Made by a program: the position numbers and the translations under genes
Notes under the pieces: model-generated
The model's database searches: none
The model's input: only the letters and a program-made list of their open reading frames with translations
What the model was told of the DNA's origin: nothing
Shown here: positions 20,160-30,131 of the stretch, in pieces
How positions within the stretch are numbered: the first letter of the stretch is position 1
Layout: each line of letters begins with the position of its first letter
NCBI GenBank assembly: GCA_902794075.1
Contig: CADBGE010000001.1
Coordinates: 342,477-400,076, forward strand
Origin: an uncultured Erysipelotrichaceae bacterium
GTDB lineage: Bacteria > Bacillota_I > Bacilli_A > RF39 > UBA660
DNA: 57,600 nucleotides
Reading direction: 5' to 3'

Positions 20160-20631
20160 TCTTCTTCTTGTTTAGATAAAAGTCCCAATCATTTTCAAAC
20201 TCTCTTTTCTCTGCATTCTTAAGCTCATCTCGAGTCATCACAAAGTCAAGATCCATAGTATCGACATATGCATCCATCATTTTCTTAAATGTAAAATTGT
20301 CAAATGAAGATGACACATTATAAAATACCATACAAGGATTTATTAATGCATTGATTCGCGCAGTCTCCATGGCAATCTTCTTATCATTTTTAATGTCCAT
20401 AGGATGCTGCTTACTAACTCCAACAGTTACATAATTAACGGTCTTATTACTATCTTTATTCTGTGCTTCAAACATAAGACCAACAAAAGTCACAATCTGC
20501 GCCTTTCCCCACTTTGTATATTGTCTTCCGTCAATCACAACATTTTTACAAATTACATTATCACGGTAAATAGATGAATACACAAATGAGTTAATTTCAT
20601 TCTTGTTTAAAAAATCTAGATTATTGTTCAT
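20152..20631 (-). CDS. Hypothetical protein
   Basis: 159-aa ORF overlapping the next gene. Confidence 0.7.
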   Translation of the reverse strand: MNNNLDFLNKNEINSFVYSSIYRDNVICKNVVIDGRQYTKWGKAQIVTFVGLMFEAQNKDSNKTVNYVTVGVSKQHPMDIKNDKKIAMETARINALINPCMVFYNVSSSFDNFTFKKMMDAYVDTMDLDFVMTRDELKNAEKREFENDWDFYLNKKKNG

Positions 20632-20743
20632 TTATCTCAAGTTTTAAAAAGTTAAAATAAAAAATTGAGTTATCGTTTATATAATTATAATATTAATATA
20701 AAAACACAAAGTTAAAAAATTAAAAAATTTGTAAAAAAAATTT

Positions 20744-20775
20744 AAAAAGGATAAGTCTTTTTATGAACTTATCCT
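20744..20775 (-). terminator. Intrinsic terminator
   Basis: aggataagt/acttatcct stem with a U-tract on the minus strand. Confidence 0.65.
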
Positions 20776-20809
20776 ATATATCGTGCGAATAGGCATATTT
20801 ATTTCAAAA

Positions 20810-21079
20810 TTAACCAATTCCAATACAAGCAGCAAGACCGCCACCAACAACTGCACCAATAAGACCAGCAATAATATTGACCTTACGATTTGACCAATCA
20901 TTCATACCGAACTCAAAACCAAGATCTGTAGCAATACCTGATGATACACCAGCAAAACCTGCGGCAGCCATTGAACCATTCTCAAGACCCAATGAATCAC
21001 GACCAATCAAATATGTAAGAACACCAATAAAAAATGATACTGCTGCAATTAGCAAGAAATTAAAAAATCCTTCTCTCAT
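20810..21079 (-). CDS. Small multi-pass membrane protein
   Basis: 89 aa with three Gly/Ala-rich hydrophobic segments. Confidence 0.65.
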   Translation of the reverse strand: MREGFFNFLLIAAVSFFIGVLTYLIGRDSLGLENGSMAAAGFAGVSSGIATDLGFEFGMNDWSNRKVNIIAGLIGAVVGGGLAACIGIG

Positions 21080-21108
21080 TTTATTTTCTTAATATTTTTT
21101 TATAATGT

Positions 21109-21306
21109 TTAAATGTTTTCTATTTCACTGCGATTCATCTCCTTAACATGAAACTTAAGGGATGGTGTGTCATTATTCATTTCATCAGCAACTGATTTAG
21201 CATCATCAGACGTATAAAAATAATTAATGAATATATCATTTCTATCGTATACTGCCCATACTTTATCAGCTGCCTTCTCATTAACATGTTGCGTAAATGT
21301 TTTCAT
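21109..21306 (-). CDS. Small CTS-leader protein (internal-protein-like)
   Basis: MKTFTQHVNE, then 55 aa of cargo. Confidence 0.7.
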   Translation of the reverse strand: MKTFTQHVNEKAADKVWAVYDRNDIFINYFYTSDDAKSVADEMNNDTPSLKFHVKEMNRSEIENI

Positions 21307-21359
21307 TATTCTATATATATTAATATATTATCTTTATACATAAAATTTTAATAAAAATT

Positions 21360-21782
21360 TTAAATATTATGTATGTCTATATTTAAAGGATTATTGTTTT
21401 CATCATAAGAATAAATTTGACAATGTGGAGTTATTTCATCAACCTTTTTGTCATTCTTCTTTACATCAATAATCATATTAATAATTGTAGCATTATATCT
21501 ACCAGTACCTGACTTTTGTGCATGAATATCAAAAGATAGACCATTTTCTTTTTTAATGACATGCCAATGAATATTTTCTGATGTTCCAAATTCTAATTCA
21601 TTATACTTAATGTCATACTTATATATTTTATCATTATATTTAAATTCAACATGTATGATATCGTTCTTAGATGTTATTGATTGTTTGTCTACAGGAGGAC
21701 GAACATCAGCAATATCTCTGCACATGTTTGGATCTATCTGTGAATGCAATAATTCGTTTATGTACTGTTTTAATGATTTCAT
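21360..21782 (-). CDS. CTS-leader protein, unknown cargo
   Basis: MKSLKQYINE; ATGA overlap with the upstream gene. Confidence 0.75.
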   Translation of the reverse strand: MKSLKQYINELLHSQIDPNMCRDIADVRPPVDKQSITSKNDIIHVEFKYNDKIYKYDIKYNELEFGTSENIHWHVIKKENGLSFDIHAQKSGTGRYNATIINMIIDVKKNDKKVDEITPHCQIYSYDENNNPLNIDIHNI

Positions 21783-22792
21783 AAGCTTAATACATCGTCT
21801 TCATCTCTTGACTTATCGTCTTCTACATCTTCATCATTATCTTTTGATGAATCATCTTTCTTATCTTCTTCTTTCTTTTCATCTTTATCTTTATTAGTGT
21901 CCTTTTCACCAAGACTATATACGCATTCATCTTTTGTCTTTTCAGCACCAAGAAGGTCAAGAATGTTCTCAATAAGTTTCTTTACCTCCTCAGGAAGTTT
22001 GAACATTGACTTTTCATCAAAGTCACCAACCCATACACCATCCTTGTCATTGCCGTAAATATTTATAAGAGATCTTGTTACTTCAGCAGTCTTTTTATGT
22101 GGACGACGTTTTGTGTATCTCCAACGAAGAGCAATACTTTCTTTACCATCTTTATCCTTTACACCAGCAAAATAGTATTCACGAGGAAGTTCCATTTGTT
22201 GTGAAACAATCTGCATGAACTGTTTTGCTGCCTTAACCTTATCCTTTTCATCAATGAGTTTACTGAGTTCTTTCTTAGTTATATCCTCAAGTTCTTCATC
22301 ATCTTCATCCTCGGTGATTGTTGTTATTTCTGCTTCCTCAATGTTATAGTCAAGCATTTCCTTAACAGGTGCTTCAGCCTGAGGTGATTCTAATCCAGGT
22401 TCAGCAACCTTTATGTCCTTTGGTGAGAAATACACAACATAGAAATCACCAACCTTAATTATCTTAATTTTATCAAGACCTTGAGAAGTAATATATTGTG
22501 CTAAAGGAATTGTTGTTCTATCAAGTGGTGTGTTAAGATATTTTCTAATCTCATCTTCAGAAGTGAACTTACTGCTATTCATCTTAATTGAAAAACCATC
22601 TTCAGCAAGTGAAGCAGCAATACTCATTCTGCATGCATATAAATTCTTTACATTTGTTAATATATTTTGTACAGGTGTATAATGATTAGTTACACCAGTT
22701 GTTGAAAGTGCGTTTCCTGGATTTACGTCTGATGTAACACAATTCTCACTTATGTTGTTTAATGATTTATTAAATTCGCTAAATCTTTTCAT
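21779..22792 (-). CDS. Putative head internal/core protein, acidic
   Basis: MKRFSEFNKSLNNISE leader; acidic linker and Lys/Asp/Glu-rich tail. Confidence 0.65.
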   Translation of the reverse strand: MKRFSEFNKSLNNISENCVTSDVNPGNALSTTGVTNHYTPVQNILTNVKNLYACRMSIAASLAEDGFSIKMNSSKFTSEDEIRKYLNTPLDRTTIPLAQYITSQGLDKIKIIKVGDFYVVYFSPKDIKVAEPGLESPQAEAPVKEMLDYNIEEAEITTITEDEDDEELEDITKKELSKLIDEKDKVKAAKQFMQIVSQQMELPREYYFAGVKDKDGKESIALRWRYTKRRPHKKTAEVTRSLINIYGNDKDGVWVGDFDEKSMFKLPEEVKKLIENILDLLGAEKTKDECVYSLGEKDTNKDKDEKKEEDKKDDSSKDNDEDVEDDKSRDEDDVLSL

Positions 22793-22811
22793 ATTTATTT
22801 AAAAAAATATA

Positions 22812-22823
22812 TAATTAAAAATA
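22812..22823 (-). promoter_or_regulatory. Candidate late-promoter motif TATTTTTAATTA
   Basis: Exact 12-mer upstream of 22792. Confidence 0.45.
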
Positions 22824-22828
22824 TAATT

Positions 22829-23620
22829 TCATTTATACATACTTACGAATTTTTCGTATTCTGTTTTGCACAGTGATAAAATTCTATCATCATTAAGTTC
22901 TTTAATTCTATTTTTCCAATAATTATACAATGCAAATACTCTATGAGCAGCCATTGGGTTTAACTTATTCATATGAATTGGTAATGTATCAATTGAAAAT
23001 TGTTCAGCAATTCTATAGTCGGGAATATTTATATATATGTCATGTGCTAATACATCACATATGAACATGTCTTCATATTTGACATCATTCCATTCATCTT
23101 TATATTTATTATATAAATACCCGTTCTTATCAGTTAGTTTTTTCATTGTAGAAATTTTGCGAAGTGACAAACCACCATTCCCAACTATTGGGCGGGAACA
23201 ATTGTTAAATCCTGGCCAATTAGATCCTGAACTATATATTGGTGCACCAATATAATCATATCCCATTTCACAGAACTTCTTTATTTCATTTCTAAAAATC
23301 CAACAATCAGTCTGATATATCATCATATATTCATACTGACTAAATGAATTATAGAAATAATTATAGAAATCATATTCAAGGCATAATGAAGAATAACTTT
23401 GTTGCGATTCAAAATATTTATTATCGAATTTTTTAAACATTACATAATTATTGCTAAATAATTTTGAATATTCTTCATAATTTATATTGTTTGGGCCAAT
23501 GAGATATATGTCAATATCCAAAACTATTTTATCTAATTGTTTTAAACTTAATTGTTCCAGTTCATCAGGAACATTATGATAAACTGGAACAACAATTATG
23601 CATTTATTATCGGGCTTCAT
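22829..23620 (-). CDS. DUF5672-family glycosyltransferase-like protein
   Basis: IVVPVY, MIYQTDC, YDYIGAP, VGNGGLSLR, EDMF, FS motifs. Confidence 0.8.
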   Translation of the reverse strand: MKPDNKCIIVVPVYHNVPDELEQLSLKQLDKIVLDIDIYLIGPNNINYEEYSKLFSNNYVMFKKFDNKYFESQQSYSSLCLEYDFYNYFYNSFSQYEYMMIYQTDCWIFRNEIKKFCEMGYDYIGAPIYSSGSNWPGFNNCSRPIVGNGGLSLRKISTMKKLTDKNGYLYNKYKDEWNDVKYEDMFICDVLAHDIYINIPDYRIAEQFSIDTLPIHMNKLNPMAAHRVFALYNYWKNRIKELNDDRILSLCKTEYEKFVSMYK

Positions 23621-23775
23621 TCTAAAATATCCGTATTATATTTAATATAATATAAACATTTTGACTGGTACTTTTTAATTTTTTCGTCAAGATTTTTTAG
23701 TTTTAGGTAACACTTCATTGAAACATCCATCATATGAAAAAGACAAAAATATATTTATATTCATCAAGGTTTTCA

Positions 23776-24645
23776 TTAATATCGCCACCAAGATGGTATA
23801 TCTTTTAATTTTTTACATTCTTTAAACATTTCTGTTGTATCTACAATACTATTAATTTTCCATCCTTCAATATTACCAATATGTTCAATGTTTCTGCATC
23901 CTTTGAACATTTTATTAAAACTATATATATTAGTATAATTAATTTTACTAATGTCACCAACATCTATTAGCCTAGTACAATTTTCATAAAGACAACTTAA
24001 TGATTGATGTTTATTTATACTCCAACCTGTTATATCTGCACTTTTTATTTTTCTACAGCCACTAAACATTGAATTAATATTATCTACATCATTTACTGTC
24101 CAATTTTTTACAAAAGAAACATCTAATAATGATTTACAGTCATAAAACATATGACTAAAATTTTTACATTTTTTAACATCCCAATTTGATAAATCAATTT
24201 TTTTTAAAAAACTACATTGCGAAAACGTCCATGACATATCTTTAACATTTGAAACATTTAATTCCTCTATTCCAATGATTTCTTCAACACTACCAAGACC
24301 TTCAAACATTGCAGACATATTTGTTGCTGAAGAAGTATTCCAATCAGAAATTATAAGTTTTCTCATTCTTACATATGATGCATTATCGATACTTGCAAAT
24401 ATGGCACTGAAATCATCTATTTTGGACACATCTATATCTGAAACGTCCAATATATAATTTTTCATATAAATTTCATTATCATAACTACATAACTTACTTA
24501 ATATTTTTATTAGTTCTTCCCGTGTTTGTGGATGATATTTATATGATACACCAACTATATTTGAGTTTTTGCTGATTATTAGTTTTTCATTCACTTGCGA
24601 TGGAAATATTAGTTTTTCATCAACATATTTGGATAGTGATTTCAT
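23776..24645 (-). CDS. CTS-leader BspA/DUF285-type LRR protein
   Basis: MKSLSKYVDE-KLIFPSQVNE-KLIISKN; WDVxxxxxxxxMFxxC repeats; ends IPSWWRY. Confidence 0.85.
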   Translation of the reverse strand: MKSLSKYVDEKLIFPSQVNEKLIISKNSNIVGVSYKYHPQTREELIKILSKLCSYDNEIYMKNYILDVSDIDVSKIDDFSAIFASIDNASYVRMRKLIISDWNTSSATNMSAMFEGLGSVEEIIGIEELNVSNVKDMSWTFSQCSFLKKIDLSNWDVKKCKNFSHMFYDCKSLLDVSFVKNWTVNDVDNINSMFSGCRKIKSADITGWSINKHQSLSCLYENCTRLIDVGDISKINYTNIYSFNKMFKGCRNIEHIGNIEGWKINSIVDTTEMFKECKKLKDIPSWWRY

Positions 24646-24664
24646 TATGTTTCAATAAATATAT

Positions 24665-25309
24665 TTAGAATGTTCTCCAAAATTTAAATATCTGATTCAT
24701 TGTTGCTTTACTAAAATGTCCTTCTGTATAAAATGCAGTTGAAAATAATCTAGGAGGAATTATCCATGCCTGAGACCTAAGTATTGGAACATACATCTTT
24801 ATGCCGAATGCCAACTTATCGGATCTTGAGCATATCTTTTTTATAGCTTTATATGATATATGTGTATTTGGTTTTCCATCATGTTCGTTAAAGTTCTTTT
24901 CCCAGTATGGCATGAATGCTACATAACAAAGTTCAAGAATACGTGCTCTCGTGTATGGTGGAAAATAGTGAAGATTGAAACCAACCTCACGAATAGTATT
25001 GTCTTTTGTACGAGTAATTCCACAGAACAATGTCAAAGGTGTCTTATCATAATATTCAAGTTCCTCCTTAAATTTTGGCTCACTATAATAAAACATACAC
25101 AATTGTCCAGGCAATAAATACTTAGTTGTTTTCTTACTGTTTTTTAATAACTGCTGATATGCAAGACGTGAACGTGTGTTGACAGGACGATGAGCAATAG
25201 GGTGATTTTCTATTGCCTCACGTATGTCAAAATTCTCAATCTCATCAGCCGTATATATATGAGATGTAAGTAACTTTAAGTTCTGTAATGTTCCTAATGT
25301 ACTTGGCAT
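24665..25309 (-). CDS. gp2: T4 gp2-like DNA end protector protein
   Basis: PGQLCMFYY..K.K.ELEYYDKTPL...GFNLHYFPP..R matches T4 gp2 motifs. Confidence 0.8.
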   Translation of the reverse strand: MPSTLGTLQNLKLLTSHIYTADEIENFDIREAIENHPIAHRPVNTRSRLAYQQLLKNSKKTTKYLLPGQLCMFYYSEPKFKEELEYYDKTPLTLFCGITRTKDNTIREVGFNLHYFPPYTRARILELCYVAFMPYWEKNFNEHDGKPNTHISYKAIKKICSRSDKLAFGIKMYVPILRSQAWIIPPRLFSTAFYTEGHFSKATMNQIFKFWRTF

Positions 25310-25312
25310 AAT

Positions 25313-26008
25313 TTATATGAATTCCTCTTTATTTCTATCATACCACTTTGGTATTTTTATAATTCTTGAATCTGCAAACATAAATCTTTTTGAAGCATCT
25401 TCTTTAATCTTCCATTTATTTAAATCACCAACATTAGTTAATGACCTGCATTGTCTAAACATGCGATTAAAATTATCAACATGCGAAACATTCCAGTTTG
25501 ATATGTCTCCTATAAAATTTAATTTATGACAATATGCAAACATTCCTCGTAAGGTATTAAGTTTATCTGTAAAATACCAGTTAGATAAATCTCCTACAGA
25601 TATTAATTCTTCTGCACCACGAAACATTGATGAACAATATTCTGCATTTCCCATATCCCATTCTGAAATGTCAATATATTTTACTTTGCCATAATTGGGA
25701 TTTGCATCAGGATCAAATAAATTATGAAAACGTGCAATTCCAGATACATCTATATAATTAAGATCTAATATTTCTGAAAAATCTGAACATTCATCAGCAA
25801 ATTTATCTATTGCTTTATCTATTATATTGCATAAATCTTCAGTGTTGTTTGCGATAACAGTTTCTGTTTTTTTAGAACTGACACCAATTATTTTTGCATC
25901 TTTATTAATTAATAGTTTTTCATTTAATGAAATCAAAGATGATTTATCAGATTTTATTTCACTTTTGTGAAAATTATTTTCATAAATATGCTGTTTAAGT
26001 GTTTTCAT
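25313..26008 (-). CDS. CTS-leader BspA/DUF285-type LRR protein
   Basis: MKTLKQHIYE-NNFHKSEIKSDKSSLISLNE-KLLINKD; VGDLSNW repeats; IPKWY. Confidence 0.85.
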   Translation of the reverse strand: MKTLKQHIYENNFHKSEIKSDKSSLISLNEKLLINKDAKIIGVSSKKTETVIANNTEDLCNIIDKAIDKFADECSDFSEILDLNYIDVSGIARFHNLFDPDANPNYGKVKYIDISEWDMGNAEYCSSMFRGAEELISVGDLSNWYFTDKLNTLRGMFAYCHKLNFIGDISNWNVSHVDNFNRMFRQCRSLTNVGDLNKWKIKEDASKRFMFADSRIIKIPKWYDRNKEEFI

Positions 26009-26072
26009 TATTTATTAATTATAATATATATAACTTTTCATTAATTTTATAATGATTATATAAAACTTCTCA

Positions 26073-27047
26073 TCAATTCTTTTCAGTTAATGTTATGTAT
26101 GAATAACGAAGTTCTGTAGAGCCTAATGCTACAAATGTATATTGTTCACCTGTTACATAGAATACTTCAAACAATGTTCCGTCTATGTCTTCTTCACTAT
26201 ATATTATCTGTTTATCATCCTCATCTATATTTGATACTAGTTTTTCTATACTTTCAGCATTTGGCATCAATGATTTGACTTTACCTGTTCTTACAAGTTC
26301 ACCAGAATTAAATGTATATCCGTTTTTATCTTCATAAAAATATATGTGTTTCATACACTCGTTTTTCCATTTATTTGTTTCTGATGTATCAAACAGTAAT
26401 GAATGATTTTCTGCAAGAAGCTTTATTTTTATTTCTATATTATATTTAAGATTTATTGTATACTCTGAATGTGCCACGCCTTCCTTAAAATCAACATATT
26501 TCTTTATAAGATAATAAATACTGCTAGACTCATCATTATAATTCTTGTTGATAATTAATCGTTCATTGACTGGAGTCTGCTCCCATTTCTGTAATATGTT
26601 AAACACCTCAGGCATCCATTTTCTATCATCAATCTTTTCATCACTAAAATTTATCCATTCATACTTTGAATGTTCTCGTGAAATCTTTACTTTATCTATT
26701 TTTGTTTCAAGTCTTGTCCAAAATACATGTGAAACATTGCCATCCTTATATTTATAATCAAATAACTGTTTCATATTGTTGACTTCATTAAACGATAATG
26801 ATATTCCTGTTTCTTCAACAGTCTCACGAACAGCAGCATCCTTTAGAGTCTTATCAGCAACATCAACTGCTCCACCAATTACACCCCAGCATGTTCTGAA
26901 GTTCTTCATATAGTTAGCACGACGAAGTATAAGTATCTTTCCTTCAGGATTCTCAAGTATGACATCAACAAAATCTTGATTCTTTCCAGAATATGTCATC
27001 TTTGAACCATCAAGAGCCTCAGCTAAATATTTATTCAATGATTTCAT
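26073..27047 (-). CDS. CTS-leader Nudix hydrolase fused to a second leader-headed domain
   Basis: MKSLNKYLAE; Nudix box GGAVD..DKTLKDAAVRETVEETG, SREHSKYEW; internal PVNE-RLIINKNY. Confidence 0.85.
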   Translation of the reverse strand: MKSLNKYLAEALDGSKMTYSGKNQDFVDVILENPEGKILILRRANYMKNFRTCWGVIGGAVDVADKTLKDAAVRETVEETGISLSFNEVNNMKQLFDYKYKDGNVSHVFWTRLETKIDKVKISREHSKYEWINFSDEKIDDRKWMPEVFNILQKWEQTPVNERLIINKNYNDESSSIYYLIKKYVDFKEGVAHSEYTINLKYNIEIKIKLLAENHSLLFDTSETNKWKNECMKHIYFYEDKNGYTFNSGELVRTGKVKSLMPNAESIEKLVSNIDEDDKQIIYSEEDIDGTLFEVFYVTGEQYTFVALGSTELRYSYITLTEKN

Positions 27048-27820
27048 TTGTTTAAGTCATTAATAAGTTTCTTTATATCCTTCTTTGTATAGTGTTTATA
27101 CTTTTGTGTCTCAGTATCATAAAACATAAATTCGCATTCATTGTCAGGTGATGCAGAATAATAATCATGTATGTTTATTTTTTCAGGTACATTCTTAGAA
27201 ATTTTATTTAAGAATTCAATTGAATCATAGTAATCAAGACCAACAAGATAAATACTTAATGTACTGTTTTCTGTTTTCCAAAAGTAATAATCATCTATTC
27301 TTTTTAATATTGTTGTAGGTCCATCTGTACCTGATAAATTCATTATTATCTTATTATATTCAACCTTACAATTTATGCCAGCAGCAAGCATTACTTGATC
27401 TTCACTATTATTACTCTTATTATTATTACTCTTATCCCATACTAATGTATATATAAATAGACACCTAGTATCCTCAAATTTATAAGTCTTATTAATGACA
27501 AGTTTTTCATCTACTTGTGATGGAATAATGACAAGTTTTTCATTCACTTGTGATGGAATAATGACAAGTTTTTCATCTACCTTTTCTTTCTTCAAAAGTT
27601 GCTTTGCCTTGTTTAGAACATTCTTATTTGATAAGTTATCTCCAGCGCGATTCATATAGAAACATAAGCGCTGCATTGCCTGAGCTTGGTCCTTTGAATT
27701 CTTCATCAGATAATCAACAATCTCCTTAGGATCATCACTAGTGAACAAACCCTTCTTAGGATGCCAACTAGTATTGACATCTGACAACTGTTCTTTTATG
27801 TATATATTAAGTGACTTCAT
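27044..27820 (-). CDS. CTS-leader DUF3175-like domain fused to a second leader-headed domain
   Basis: MKSLNIYIKE; GLFTSDDPKEI...AMQRLCFYMNRAGDNL...LNKAK resembles DUF3175; internal (KLVIIPSQV[N/D]E)2-KLVINK. Confidence 0.7.
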   Translation of the reverse strand: MKSLNIYIKEQLSDVNTSWHPKKGLFTSDDPKEIVDYLMKNSKDQAQAMQRLCFYMNRAGDNLSNKNVLNKAKQLLKKEKVDEKLVIIPSQVNEKLVIIPSQVDEKLVINKTYKFEDTRCLFIYTLVWDKSNNNKSNNSEDQVMLAAGINCKVEYNKIIMNLSGTDGPTTILKRIDDYYFWKTENSTLSIYLVGLDYYDSIEFLNKISKNVPEKINIHDYYSASPDNECEFMFYDTETQKYKHYTKKDIKKLINDLNK

Positions 27821-27854
27821 ATATATTAATATATTAAAATTCTGTTTAAATATT

Positions 27855-28367
27855 TCATTTGCATTCTATTATAAACAATTCAAATATTTCATTTGTTTTT
27901 TCATTTAGAAAAAATGATAGCACATACGTTTCATTCATTATCATTGAAAACAGATGACCCTCACCAAGTTCACAATTCTTTATTGAATACTTATCTTTGT
28001 TGTCAATAAGATATTCATATAATTCATTTATTTCATCTGAATAGTTTGATTCTGTGTCAATATATGGTTTTATTAATGCTCGCTTATAATTTTGTGTACT
28101 TATTTTATTTGGCATAAAATTACATGTCTTTCGTATCTTATCATACATATTCTGTTTAGCTTTCATACCGTATGCGCCGTATGTTGTCTTAATCATACCA
28201 GCAATGACTCGAAAGTAGAATATTTCATATGACCCGTCAAACGTCGTGTCATCATCTTCAGGATTGTCAAAAAGTTCTTTTATGATGTTAATTATTCCGT
28301 CATTTGGTCCTTTATAATTCTTATTGATGATTAATCGTTCTTCTATGTATTCTTTAAGAGTTCTCAT
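27855..28367 (-). CDS. CTS-leader protein, unknown cargo
   Basis: MRTLKEYIEE-RLIINKNY. Confidence 0.8.
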   Translation of the reverse strand: MRTLKEYIEERLIINKNYKGPNDGIINIIKELFDNPEDDDTTFDGSYEIFYFRVIAGMIKTTYGAYGMKAKQNMYDKIRKTCNFMPNKISTQNYKRALIKPYIDTESNYSDEINELYEYLIDNKDKYSIKNCELGEGHLFSMIMNETYVLSFFLNEKTNEIFELFIIECK

Positions 28368-28382
28368 CTATTTACATAATGT

Positions 28383-29426
28383 TTATTTATATGTTACTAT
28401 GATGTCTCCATATGAACTTATTGGTGATACCTTCTTAGGGCCAATAAGCGCGCATAATATCTCTGAAGTCTCAATTACTTTTACAATAAATTCAAAACCA
28501 GTAAAACCACTATATGTCTTATCATACGTTATCTCAAGTTCATTCTGGTGTTCATCAATATATTCAATCATATCATTATATATTTTCATTGAATTACTTG
28601 TTGTAGCAAGGCAATGCATAATCTCACCTGATGAACTCTTTGCTTTCTCAAATATGTCATTTATTTCATTATGCACTCTTTTAGTCAACGGAATATTTTT
28701 TATGTCTTTAAAATGTCTGTAATATGTGAAAAAACGACATTCAATAAGGTCACTAATTGATTCCTTGAATGTTTCATAGAACTCATCATTTCCAATAACT
28801 TTGAAGTTCTTATTGATTACAAGTTTTTCATTCACTTGTGATGGAATAATTACAAGTTTTTCATTCACTTGTGATGGAATAATTACAAGTTTTTCATCTA
28901 CATTTTCTTTAAACGGTTCTACATCATCAAGATCTTTTTGATTAAAACCAATGTACACCCATCCTGCAGAACTCTTTAAAGATATAATTATTATTAGATC
29001 ATCCGTTCTGAATATATTAACCCCCTTATTACGAATGTCATCATTATTGGCCCACACATTTTTACCGTTGTCCTTTATCTTTTCAGAAATTTTTATGACA
29101 ACATCACTTACGCCATTATCAACAATATCATATCCATGTAATCTATATAATGTATCAAGCTCATCAAACTGATTACATATGTTAACAAGTTTCTTATAAT
29201 CCGTTAAATCTAATGAAGATCCAAGCAAATTATCAATATCATTAAGAACATTTTTGCTAAACTTTCCTACTCGTGAAATATCTTTTTTTGTATAAACACG
29301 AGTCTGATTAAGATCTATATATTTTTTTATAATACTTAATGCAATATTAGTATCATTAGAACTGACATTCTTGAAGTTCTTATTGATTACAAGTTTTTCG
29401 CTTAAAAAGTCTGCTAATTTCTTCAT
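28383..29426 (-). CDS. Two-cargo CTS-leader polyprotein (C-half is family X)
   Basis: Start reassigned to MKKLADFLSE-KLVINKNF at 29426 (TAATG overlap); internal NVDE-(KLVIIPSQVNE)2-KLVINKNF. Confidence 0.8.
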   Translation of the reverse strand: MKKLADFLSEKLVINKNFKNVSSNDTNIALSIIKKYIDLNQTRVYTKKDISRVGKFSKNVLNDIDNLLGSSLDLTDYKKLVNICNQFDELDTLYRLHGYDIVDNGVSDVVIKISEKIKDNGKNVWANNDDIRNKGVNIFRTDDLIIIISLKSSAGWVYIGFNQKDLDDVEPFKENVDEKLVIIPSQVNEKLVIIPSQVNEKLVINKNFKVIGNDEFYETFKESISDLIECRFFTYYRHFKDIKNIPLTKRVHNEINDIFEKAKSSSGEIMHCLATTSNSMKIYNDMIEYIDEHQNELEITYDKTYSGFTGFEFIVKVIETSEILCALIGPKKVSPISSYGDIIVTYK

Positions 29427-30091
29427 TATAGTATTCCTTGAATTTTTAATTTTTGTAACACAACAAGTGAAACATTCCATGCAGACAAATGGCCGACGTT
29501 GCCTCTAAGTTTATGACACCCTACGAACATATCATTAACGCCATAGTCTCTAATACTTTCAGGATCCCATTTACTTATATTGCCTACATATTCTAACTTT
29601 GCGCAACGTTGAAACATTCCTTCAGCATCTTCTAATTTCCTGACATCCCAATTAGACAGATCACCAACACTGACTAATTCTTTACAATCACAAAACATCC
29701 ATTTCATTCGTTCAACATTGCTTACATCCCATTCAGATATGTCAATGTATCTAATTGTAACCTCATCGTTGACAGCATCAAATAGACAGCTCATTTCGGT
29801 GACTTCACTTACATCAATATGATTAAGATTTATTGGATGCAGTCTTGACTGACCGTTACCTGATTGCTTATGCACTTCGGTAATTACTATATCGTAGAGA
29901 TTATCATTAGTAGCCTTTATTTCTTCAAGTTCTGTATCAACAAAATCTTTATTTATGACAAGTTTTTCATTCACTTGTGATGGACATATGACAAGTTTTT
30001 CATTCACTTGTGATGGAAATATGATAAGTTTTTCATCAAATCGTTGATTGATGATTAGTTTTTCAGATATGTGCTGTGTTAATGATTTCAT
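29426..30091 (-). CDS. CTS-leader BspA/DUF285-type LRR protein
   Basis: MKSLTQHISE plus three different inserted modules; IDISEWDVSNV, VGDLSNW repeats. Confidence 0.85.
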   Translation of the reverse strand: MKSLTQHISEKLIINQRFDEKLIIFPSQVNEKLVICPSQVNEKLVINKDFVDTELEEIKATNDNLYDIVITEVHKQSGNGQSRLHPINLNHIDVSEVTEMSCLFDAVNDEVTIRYIDISEWDVSNVERMKWMFCDCKELVSVGDLSNWDVRKLEDAEGMFQRCAKLEYVGNISKWDPESIRDYGVNDMFVGCHKLRGNVGHLSAWNVSLVVLQKLKIQGIL

Positions 30092-30131
30092 TACGTTTTT
30101 CTAAATATTGTTTTTTTTTCTAATCTTAACA

